Source of the DNA: Raillietiella orientalis
Taxonomy: Eukaryota
Reading direction: 5' to 3'
Assembly (NCBI GenBank): GCA_036172245.1
Contig: JAYWIR010000020.1
Coordinates: 186,001-250,000 of the forward strand
DNA length: 64,000 nt
Shown piece by piece: positions 38,681 through 48,980 of this stretch. The position numbers were made by a program, and so were the translations under genes. A model generated the notes under the pieces. The model ran no database searches, had not been told where the DNA came from, and saw only the letters and a program-made list of their open reading frames with translations. Each line of letters begins with the position of its first letter. Positions within the stretch are counted from its first letter, which is position 1.

Positions 38681-41564
38681 TTCCTCCCCTCCCCCCTTTC
38701 TTCCCTTTGGGAGGCTCCCCGGCGGCCTTGGGGGAGGTCAGGCAAAGGGGGGAAATGAGGTCAACCACCCCTGCCAAAGCAACAGCGAGGGAGAGTTCGT
38801 ACTGGGATCCTCACCGTCCTGGACGCCCGGGAACGACGCGGCGTCGAGGGAGCTCGCGATTCTGGAACACCAGGAGGAACACATCAGGAAGAGGCTGGAG
38901 CGTTCCCACACTCCTGAAACATCTTTCGGGACCGTTTACTGGGACATCGGCCGTGAAGCGGGAACCTCTCCCATGGGCGACGCCCTCCTCGGCCACCGCT
39001 CGAAGAAGTGGGTAGGGAAGAAGAGGAAATGGTAGCGAACCCCTTCTCGCTGCAGCTCACGACTCCTCCCTCTCTCTCTCTTGAGCAATGCAAGGAACTA
39101 TAAGGGAAGCAAAACTTCGGGTGAAGCGTGCAGCGATACTCCGCGGCGGATGAGCACCTCCACGACTTTCCAGAGGGTGAGGAAGTCCTTTGAGGAAAAA
39201 CTCGAGGTGTCGGACGCTCTGGGGTAGGATGAGCCGGCTCACGTAAGGAAACTCGCGGTTTAGCGGGAGAAAGCGGGAAAGCAAGCTGCGCTACGGTGCG
39301 GCTACCGGGAAGTCCGGCACGCGTGTGCGCAGAACAACCTCTATACCGCCTTCTACCCACATGTGCGAGAGGGGAGGAAGAAGAGAGACGGAGGTGAAGG
39401 GGGGGAACCTTCCCGTAAAAACGGCATTCGCGCAGGATACCACTTGCCTGACATCGAGGTCACGAGCGCCTGATTTCTCCTCTCGCGCCGCCGCTGCTGT
39501 GGGAGCGCGAGAGGAGGCTGCTGCTCGTTGTCCCCATCCCTGCCCTCTCTTCGAGAGGGGAAGGATGGGCGCTCTCAGGGACCTCGGGAATTTTTCGTTC
39601 TTTCTTTTCCACCTACCCTATCCCCCCTCCCTCCTCACTGACCGGATTGTGCGCTTCTTATCTCGAACCACCTCGATGCCTTCGGTCTCGGAACGATCGA
39701 GAGGGGCCTCTGATTGGTGGCTCCACCAACTGGAGAATTGCGAAACGCACCGCAAGAAGCAGAGCGAGGCCGCCACTAGAGGAAAACGGTGGTATCTCCC
39801 GCTTCCCCTCCTTCGTCTCTTAGCGACGGGAAGGAGATGAATCTCCTTCCCTTTCTGGGCGACTCCGTCTCCAGGAAACCTTCCCCGTGAATTCCTTCCG
39901 TTACGCCCGTGTGCCTCTCCGGATTGATTCCCACAGTAGTCCTGAAGATTTTGACCGTGAAGACGGGAAGGAAGGAAACGCCGAGGTGGAACTTCGCTGC
40001 GCCGCCGCTGCCAGAGCGCTCCTCCAAAGAGACTGGCGGCGACTCATGGCGTGATCACGGTCATTCCCACCGCCAAAATTCCGCGAAAGTTCTATGCGTA
40101 ACATTCCAACGGTTTCCCGGGAAAGAAGGGAGTGGTGAAAGGAGTGCACGGCGGATGCCGCTCCCTTCGCGAAGAGGCCTCAATGGAGCTCGTCCCGACG
40201 TCGGAGTGGGGAGGACGCTGGGGAGAAAGGGAGAGCCGTCCCCGTTTTCATGACCACCAATCACGCCGCAGGCAGCTTCCCCCTCCAAGCTGCTCCCTCC
40301 CTCCTGGTCGCGGCACGGGTTCTCTCCTCCGCCTGGCGGAGGAGGGATTCGGTGGTCACTTGTCAACCCCTCCTCTCGGAGCGAAGTCCGCCTCCCCGCT
40401 TGCGGTTACGGAGGCTACCTCTGCCTTTACGCGCCCTCTTAGGCATGACTAGCGTCATCGTTGTCGTTCCGCCGCGCACACACGCAACCAGGACTTTTGG
40501 GCTGAGGACGCACCGCTTTCAGGAGCGCACGCGCTCGCGGGAGGAGACAGCGCACTCTTCGCCTTACGGCTTGGGTCATCCGAAGTAGAAGCGCAAGGAA
40601 GATGAGCGCGCGCCATCCTACGGGAAGCGAACGAACTACCCGTCAGCCACGCGGGAACGGACGAGATGGAGGAACTTGCAGCCTGTGGAAACTCCCGGAG
40701 GAAGGGAGGGAGGGGAGGGGAGGCAAGCGCAGGTTCCCCTCCCTCCCTCCTTCGGGTAAGAAGAGCGGCCCCCGGCATGCGGAGAGGCCTTCCGAGGGCC
40801 CAAGCCAGGGGCCGGCCGCTCTTCGCACCGCGCTATCGCCAGCGGTGCGATCGCCGTCGTCTGGGAGGGAGACGCATCTGTGGAGGATTCCCTGTGGCGG
40901 AGGAGCCGTGGTGAGGGGGAGCCCTCCAAGCGTCGCGTTCCCCAAGCAGGGATCACGGACAGAGGGCAGAGGAACTTCCCTGTCCCTTCGCTTCAGCGGG
41001 AGCCAGCAGGCAAGCGGCTACTTACGTGGAGCGGTCTTTCGGCGCGAGTTCCTGTGGAACGGAGTCCCCGGGGGCGCGAGCAGCAGCAACAACAGCAGCA
41101 GCAATCCGCAGCGGGAGTCAAACGCTGCCGCAGGCCGGGAGCCGCAAACGGGCAACGGGGACACTCGCCATTTCAGACGGGCACCTCGCCTCTCCTGCAT
41201 GTGGTTTCGCCAGCGAGCGACTGGAGGAATGGCGCATGCCTTCGCCCGAATTGTACACATCGTCCAGGGGAGAGTACACGGGGCGCTGCGTGCGTACTTG
41301 GCGGTGCCGCTCCTTCGCCAGCAAGGTACGGCGCCAGGAGAGTAAATCCACGGTCGCCCGTGGCGCAGCGGAACCTTAGTTTCACCCTGCCAACGCAGAA
41401 GCGGGTCCGTTGCCATCCCGACAATCCCCTGCCTTTTCCTTCCTCCCCTCCCCCTATTTTTTTCCTTTTTTTTTTTCCTTTTTTTTAAAAAAAATTGCAA
41501 ATCGATAATTCATCCTCGCCCCGCCGCTTTTCCGGGTGACTGCATAATTCATACCCCGGGAGAG

Positions 41565-41611
41565 CTTTCCTGGAAAGACTTTCCGGGAAAGCCGTTCGCT
41601 TTTCGGGAAAG
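41565..41611. promoter_or_regulatory. Three clustered palindromic CTTTCC-N-GGAAAG-type motifs (STAT/GAS-like TTCNNNGAA)
   Basis: ctttcctggaaag (41565), ctttccgggaaag (41579) and cttttcgggaaag (41599). The repeats are directly visible; function is inferred only. Confidence 0.35.
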
Positions 41612-42889
41612 TTCCGACCCGCTCCCTGCCACTGCGAAGCACCCCACCGGCTAGCCCAAAGCATCCAGGAATCGATAAAAAAAAAAAAAAAAAAAGGGAA
41701 AAGAAGAAAGGAAAGGGAACTTCCGCTTCCTGACGGCAGCAGTCCGGCGCTGGGTATTCGGCGTGCAACTCCCAGGCGCGGGAGCTTCGCTCGGAGCAGC
41801 AGACGACGAGCTCTGCCGGAGGAAATCCAAACGACCGATCGCTCCGGGAGGAGAGGGAATGCTGCCGCCTCGGCCTGACCGGGGGCTCTTCCTGCGCTTT
41901 CTTTCTTCTTTTTCTTTGTTCGCTCCCCCCCTCCCGCTTCATCCTACCCCTCCAACTGCCGCTGAGGTCCCCAGATCAGTCCCCATTGGTTTCAAGCGGT
42001 CTCAGAGAACTTGGCACCATCTCTTGCTGGTCCCCTCAACTAAAAGGACGCATTGCTGGGATTTCTGCTTGATCCCACCTCGTTCTGAGGAAAGCGACAT
42101 CGATCGACTGTAAGCAGATTTTTCCCCACGCCCACCCCCTACCCCACTTCTGTCAAAAAATTCGCCATTCGACTTCTGGGATCGAAACTGAGCTCTCTTC
42201 GGAGGAAGGTGAAGCATAGAGCAGGCCGCGTCTGTGCAGAGGACGCCTCTCCTGCCACGCGGGAAAGTGCTCCTGAGTCGTCCATCTCCCATTTTCCCCA
42301 TCCGGGCACTGCTGCGAAGAGCGTCCCAGTGATCCCCGGCCGAAACCTGCGCGCGACCCCGGTGGCTGAGACGAAAAAGCGCAATCAAGAGGAGAGCTTT
42401 CAGTTCGTCACTCCGGCGAAGCCATGGCAACGGGAAGGATGGGGGGAGGGGGAGGAGGGGGTTCGAGCTTTAATCCCCGTTTTCACCCCCGTTTCCAGAC
42501 GGACTTTTTGCTGCTCCCGTTTTTTTTTTTTTTTTTCTTCCAGGAAGAATCGCGGTGAAGCAGAGAGACATCCGCTCGGGGCGTTCCGGCAGCACGACTT
42601 CGGGAAGCGGCGCTCGCGGGGGTGCTCTTGCCCCGTTCGCAGAATCCAACGTCACAGAGCAGACGTGCTCGAGCAGACCACGGGACTCTCCTGGAGGCGC
42701 GGGAAAGTCGAGGAGGCGGACCCACGGCTGCACCTGGGCTCGGGGAAGGCAGGATGAACTTCCGGAAGCACCGGAGGGCTTGCCAGGGAGAGGAAGGGCA
42801 CGGGACTGAGCGGCATCGTAGTACCCCATCCCTCGGGACGTAACCCTCGGCAGAAGAGGAGGCTGCTGACCCACTTGCGTGCAAGTCGG

Positions 42890-43210
42890 CCCGCCTCCAG
42901 TCACAAAGATATGGACACTCTGGTGGCCAGCAGCAAGACGGCCTCACCTGGGGCATACTCGGATGGAACTTGCCAGCATCCTGGAAAAGATCAGAGGAAG
43001 CCCTCCAGCGGGCATTGATTCCTTCCCTAACCCTCTCAATTTTTTGTATATATGTTTTTTTGCTTTATTTTTATTTTTGTTTGCCCCTTCCCATCCGCTG
43101 CCGAGGAGAACCTCGCCGGACTGCGTACCGGTTACTCGTCAGGTTCCGAACATTTTCGGACGTTGCAGGGCCGAAAGCCCTACACCTGTATGTTTATTTT
43201 ATAATAAACG
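42890..43210 (+). mobile_element. LINE family 1, extreme 3' fragment (ORF2 C-terminus plus 3' UTR), copy A
   Basis: RRPHLGHTRMELASILE matches RWPHLDLQMQQELAGIL. It is followed by a T-rich tract, the conserved ccccttccc..gctgccgagg motif and AATAAA at 43203. Confidence 0.75.
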
Positions 43211-44744
43211 TTCCAGTGCTACCGGGTTATAAAACCACCTCCACCCCTCTTTTCGAATGGAAGGGGAGGGGGACGAGCGGCGGCGTGATGGCAGCACGCC
43301 TGGGAGCGTGCGTTCTGTGGGAGCCGCAGGATGTACGCAGAACGCGCGCTCCAGAGCACACGATGGCTGCGAAACCGGAGGAGCAAATTAGTTAAGCCGA
43401 AGATGCGATGCGGAAGGTATGCAAATGAAGGCGCTCCTCGGGATAAACTGGCATAATTAGCTCCTGGGATCCAAAAGCGCCTAGAGGAGAAAATTAATGC
43501 ATTAATCTCTTCCCGATAATTCAGGCTCTCCCTCGCGAAGATCGCTCGCTCGCTCCCTGCGCGCGTTCCGAACCCCCGGTTTTTATGTGGAGCACCGCAG
43601 AGAAGCGCGTTGGCGAGAAGAAGGTGATAAGGCAGAGATTCGGATCGACAGAAGTAGAAATTTTCCTTTCCTTTCTTCCGGTATCGGTTTCCTCCGCCTA
43701 ACCACCGGGGTCGAGGTCGATGCGACCACGGAGCATCTCGCCGTCTGTGCCCGGTTGCGCTCTACGCATGCTCTTACCTTGCTCGTTCTGCTTATTGCAG
43801 GGGAGGATTGGGGGAGCTCTGTCTCGGAACTGGGCCATAGGTCGTCAGTTGGGTCGCGGCAGCAAAAAGACAAGGGAAGTGGCCGGGCAGGGTAGAAAGC
43901 GGGCTTGGCGGGCACCGGGCGACTAGCTTGATTCCCGTTGGCAACTGGGTTCAGTTCCTCCTGTTGAGATCAAGGGTGAGAAGGAAGAAAGAGGGGAGGC
44001 ATGAGGTTGGAAGAGTTCTAGAAGGAGGAAGAACTCCTTGTTGGCTCAGTCGAGGCAAGTGCCAGGCCACCGCCGTACCAATAGCCTGCGAAGGACCCCT
44101 CCTGACTTCCTTCCCGCTCGGACCGGTGCCAAGGGGGATCGGCGCCGGATGCCTGAATGAGGGTCTATCGGGCGTCAGAAAGAGTGCGGGGGGCTTTGAT
44201 GGTTACCGTATCGGAGTAGGGGAGGAAGGAGGGGAAGATGGGAAAGATCGCCGGAGCGATCTCAGACAGCTAAAGAAGAGGCACAAAGAGTTGCAGGATT
44301 TGCTGGGTTGGCGGCGGAGTTGGCTGGGCGAGGTGGAGACTCAGCGACATTCGCTCTGAGCGCCTGCGTTGCTTAGTTTCACCGCTTTGCCACGCTAGGC
44401 AGCACAGCAGCTAGAGCACCGCTGTCGTGGCTGGTGGCAGTCTTGTGCTCTTGTCGTGGCGCAATGGTGGAGGCGCTCCAAGCGAAACTATTCATGGTCT
44501 CCATGTGGCCTTGCTCGAGGGGATCAATTCGCCTTTCACACTTTGGGGATGTGGTTTTTTTTTTTTAACTTGGTCAAGCCGGTTTTACTTGGTGACGCCG
44601 GAGCATTTATTTTGAAAAAAAAACTACCAGGAAGAGGGAAAGAGTCCCCCTCAAAACTTAGACTCGCTTGAAAACTTAGACTGCACTCTCAGAAGTGCCC
44701 TCAAAAAAATAACCGGGATAACCATAGGCACGAAGGCGACTTCC

Positions 44745-44820
44745 AAAAAGTAGGAAACGGAGGAAAGGGACAATAAATAAATAAAAAAAGACGGGTGGTT
44801 GGGGACAAGGGTCTTTGGTT
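44745..44820 (-). mobile_element. LINE family 1, 3'-UTR fragment
   Basis: Minus strand ccaaagacccttgtcccca...tttatttatttatt..cctttcctcc matches the 3' UTR of copy E (ccaaagatccttgtcccca...tttatttcttcatttatt..cctttcctcc). Confidence 0.55.
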
Positions 44821-44844
44821 AAAGACGTTCCTTTCCTTCTATAA

Positions 44845-45320
44845 GTGACTCTGGAGGGTGGCAATCTCCCTGGCGACATCTGGTCCAACTCGATCGACCT
44901 CGTCCTTACCAACGTTTACGCGGCGAGCGGCTCCCATCTGCACAGAGTACGGAGAGACTTTTTCGACTCTCTGCAGCGCAGATGGCTGGCTGATGTGAGC
45001 GTGTGCAAGACCCACCTGATTGCAGGCGACGTCAACATGCGCCTGCTCTCAGGTGGGAGCATTGCCGAACTCCACCACGTCAACGAGCTGTGAGCATCCG
45101 TGAGCGCGCGAAACTTGTTTGAGGGCGACCGGGGGGTGGAAAACAACATCGACCACGTCTTCCTCTACGAGCAGCTGAAAGCACGGGTGGGTTGAAGCTG
45201 TCGGGGCACCCCTGGATTGAGTTCGAAATGCTGCCACGCCTGACAGGCCTCCAGTCCTCCGCGTGGCTATACCGGGAGACTGGATGAGTCTCCCCGAGTC
45301 TGTGGAGCACCTCCGCGGCT
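44845..45320 (+). mobile_element. Degenerate APE-type endonuclease domain of LINE ORF2
   Basis: LTNVYA...RRDFFDSL...LIAGDVN, then IDHVFL and LSGH (SDH-like). These are the canonical NVYA, GDFN, ID and SDH motifs in order, with a stop and frameshifts. Confidence 0.8.
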
Positions 45321-45429
45321 TCCTGCGAGAAGCAGCAGTGCAGCGACTCGATTCTTACCCGGGTGCGCCGGGGCGTTCATTCTCTCGAATAAGACTTTTG
45401 CAGAATCTGTGGCTGGACCAATGATCCAC

Positions 45430-47433
45430 GCGATAGATGTGCAAGTCTGCCGTGTCACAGGTTCGCAGACCGGTGTGATCCACCTCGGCAGCAGAGGGGA
45501 GGGGGCATAAACAAAAAGATAAACAAAAATGAAGAATAAATAAAAGAACTGGGAGGGCACGGGAAGGGATCAGTCTTCTGGGAGGGTCCGTCACACCCTC
45601 TGGAGGATGCCGGCGAGCTCTTCCTGTATGTTGAATTCCAGCTGGGACCATCGCGTCGCCATCCTGAGAAAGTGGGCGAAGTATTCTCTGGGTCCTCCCG
45701 TCGCTCTGCTCCATGCAGAGACGATGCCGGGTGGACAGCGCAAGACTTCAAGGGAGACCGCTGGCCGAAGAGCATCGCGAGCAAAGAGGGGTCTAATTGA
45801 GTCCCTGGAATTGCCTGCGGGGGTTCCCAGGGCGACAGCAAAGCGCTCCCATAGGGGTCGGAGGGCAACACAGTCCAATAACAGGTGGGAAAGGGATTCC
45901 CAATCCCCGCACCTGGCACAGTTCGGATTCTCCTTCCCCAGCGTCCGGGGGTGACAACAGGCGTTGCACGGGAGACTTCAATGCAGCACCAACAGCGCCG
46001 ACTGCTTCCACTTCATTGGGAAGATCCTCGTTTCCTTCAACACTCGGGGTCGCTTTAGGTCATTCGTCGGGATGCGAGCAGCTCGCCCAGCTCTCTAATC
46101 CACGCGGAAGGACTCTCGGGGTCATAGTATCCGCCAACTGTTCCATAGTCCAACCGCTCATCTTCTTCTCCCTGTCTGCGATACGGCAGGAGACTTGCCA
46201 CCTCGGCTTGGCTTCTGCAAAGTGCCCTCCTCAAGAAAGGCATCGCCATAGCTAGGGGGGTCGTCTCTGACCAAGTGCTCCTGGCGGGACACTCCAGTAT
46301 GTTCCACATTGAGCAGCGGACGTAGTTGGAGAAACGCAGGCAGTTCCAAAAGTCACTTCCAGATCTATTCAACTTCGCCCATATGCTAACTGTTACCTCT
46401 AGCAATGCGCTAGAGTTGGAGGGGTTACAGACCATCCAACCGTTCTCCTTGGCCAGTGTGGCCATGCGTCCGAGTAGAAGGCCACATTTTCTTATCTTCC
46501 GGCCGGAGTACAAAAGATGAGACGCCAGGCCTTCCGTCCCGGATACATGGCAGGCGAGGAGGCTATTCGGAATGCACCAAGGGGTGCTCCAGTACTTCGC
46601 TGTGATGTCCATGGTTCGCCATCGTAGCTGTATCTCAATCCTCTCCAACATCAGGAGGCCAAGACCGCCGTCGCGCCACGGAGTGCACAAGTCCTTCAGA
46701 GGCATCCGGGGCCTTCCGTTGCCTCACAGGGCGATATGTAGATGGTTCTTTGTCCTTTTCTTCAACTGGGTTGATACGGGAAAACAAAAAGCAGGGGGAG
46801 GAGGGGGAGACCACAAACGCGTTCCACACTGCGGCCCGTTCCAGCAAGTAAAACTTGCCTTCTAGGAACGAGTCGATCGCCAACTCTACTTTCTGGAGAC
46901 GACCTGACCAGGCTTCTGCGAGGCAGAAGTACCCCAACGGAACGCCAAGGTACTTCAAGTACCTGCCCGTGGGGATCCCGAAGCGGATCCAGTCAGGCTG
47001 TCCAGCCCACGTCGCACCAACCGCCACCACCGACGACTTTGCTCTGTTCATCCAGAGTCCCGTCCCGCAGCTCAACAGCTCGAAAAAATTCTCGAGTGTG
47101 GATGCCGGGGCGGACGTGGACAGCAGGAGCAGAAGTTCGCCGACATAGGCTTACACGGCAGAGGTGGTGGGGTACGAGCTCGGCAAGGTGGCCAGAGTCG
47201 CCCTGTACGCTCTCAGCACCAATTCAAACTAAGTGCTAAAGAGCAGGGGACTCAGGCTGTTGCCTCGCCTGATGCCGCGCTGCACCGGCATGCCGAACAC
47301 TTTTGACTGCTGAAATAAACGTCAATTATCGCACTGCCCAGTAGGAGCGCAGGTAGGCTGTTAAGGCGGCCGGGAAGCCCACGCGATCCAGGAGCTCCAA
47401 AAGAAGCTCCTGGTCCACGCAGTCGAACGCCAG
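45430..47433 (-). mobile_element. LINE family 1 (L1/Tx1-like) ORF2, 5'-truncated and decayed, copy B
   Basis: AFDCVDQELLL, a degenerate RT motif B, AYVGELLLLL (decayed YADD), NRAKS, KYLGVPLG, PWRDGGLG, zf-RVT CARCGDWESLSHLLLDC, ELAGIL and the 3' UTR motif. Confidence 0.9.
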
Positions 47434-48980
47434 TTGGTGCGGCGTGGGCAGGGCAGCAGGACTGGGTCCGTTTGGGGATCCCCACGGTGAGGTACTTCAA
47501 GTACCTTGGTGTGCCTTTGGGGGACTCCTCCCCTGCGGAAGCTTGGTCCGGCTGCCTCCAAAAAGTAGAGACGGCGATCGGCCCGTTCCGAGGCGGCAGG
47601 TTTTTCCTGCCTGAGCGGGCCGCGGTTTGGAACACGTTCGCGGCTCCTCTCCTTTGTTCCCTACTTTTTGTTTGCCCCCCCACAGAGAGAATAAAAAAGC
47701 GGACGAAGGACCTCCTCCGTATCGCCCTTTGGGGCAACGGGAGGGCCCGAGTCCGCTTGAAAGGCTTGTGCGCTCCGCGTCGGGACGGCGGTCTCGGTCT
47801 CCTGACATTGGAGCGGCTGGAGCTTCAGCTCCAGTTCCGGATTTTGGCACTTGTGCCGGAGTTGTGGTGCACCTGTTGGTGCGTCTCTGCACGTCTCCTC
47901 GTCAAGGAAGCCACCGGGAAGATGGGACCCACGTCCTTTCTATCACTCCATCGCTCCCGCATCAACCGATGTGGGCTCCAGCTTCGGAGGGTGGCTGCCT
48001 TGGTTCGGAAAAACCAAGGATGAATCACCTGTCGCCCCTCGAACGGTAGTGCCTGGCTGCAGGAAACCGTTCGCACGTGGGCACAGTGCGGCACGCAACG
48101 CGCCCAACAGGAACGACGCTTCCTATTTGGGTGTTACAGAAGTTGCACGCTCCGAGAGATCCTGGAGGATCCGAAGAAGCGAGCGTGGTCAGGAAGAACC
48201 CCCATCGCTGCTGCGCTGGCCTCCCTAGTGGAAGATCAGGACAGCCATGTTGCGGCGAAGTGGGAGGTTAGGATTAAAATCTCCGGAAAGGAGAAGAAGC
48301 AGGGAGAGTGGAAGACGGGCCAGTTAACTGATGCTGCGACCCCGAGTACGCCTCCCAATGGACTTCTGCGCTGGGGAGCGCTGCTCGATGTTCCGATTGA
48401 ACATCTGAAGTGGCCCCCGGTTCTTATGAATACTTCCACTCTCCCCTTAAAATGGCAGGAGTCGGCCCTACTGTTGCAGCATTGGGGACTCCCCTGCAAC
48501 GCCCGCCGACACCACTGGACCTGGGGAGCGGTGGACCCCAATTGTGTAAGGTGTGGGGAACGGGAGTCCCTCCCCCACCTCCTAGTGGATTGTGTTGCCC
48601 TTCGATCCCTTTGGTTCCGCTTTGCAGCGGCCATCGGAATCCCCTGTGGCAACCCCAGGGACGCTTTAAAAGCCTTCGTTGCCGACGCCCTTCGGCCAGC
48701 AACCTCGATAGCAGCCTTGTGCTGCCTTCGCCGGGTCGTCGCCGCATGGAGCACGGCGACGGGAGGACCAAGCGATAAGGATGCCATCCAGTGTGCCTCC
48801 CAATTCCTGAGGAGGACGTCGCGATGGCCCCACCTGGATCTTCAAATGCAACAAGAGCTTGCCGGCATCCTGAGAGGGATGATGCGGCCCCAGAAGCAAC
48901 AGTGATCCCTTCCCGTTTCCTCCTACTCTTTGTTTCTTTTTGTTTTTTCCCCTTCCCCCTGCTGCCTGGGTGGACCGTAC
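47434..48980 (+). mobile_element. LINE family 1 ORF2 3' half, best preserved, copy C
   Basis: A single frame runs from 47472 to 48905 with one internal TGA (48021). Motifs: KYLGVPLG, LCAPRRDGGLGL, PLKWQ..HWGLPCN and zf-RVT CVRCGERESLPHLLVDC (48544-48594), followed by a T-rich 3' UTR. Confidence 0.92.
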
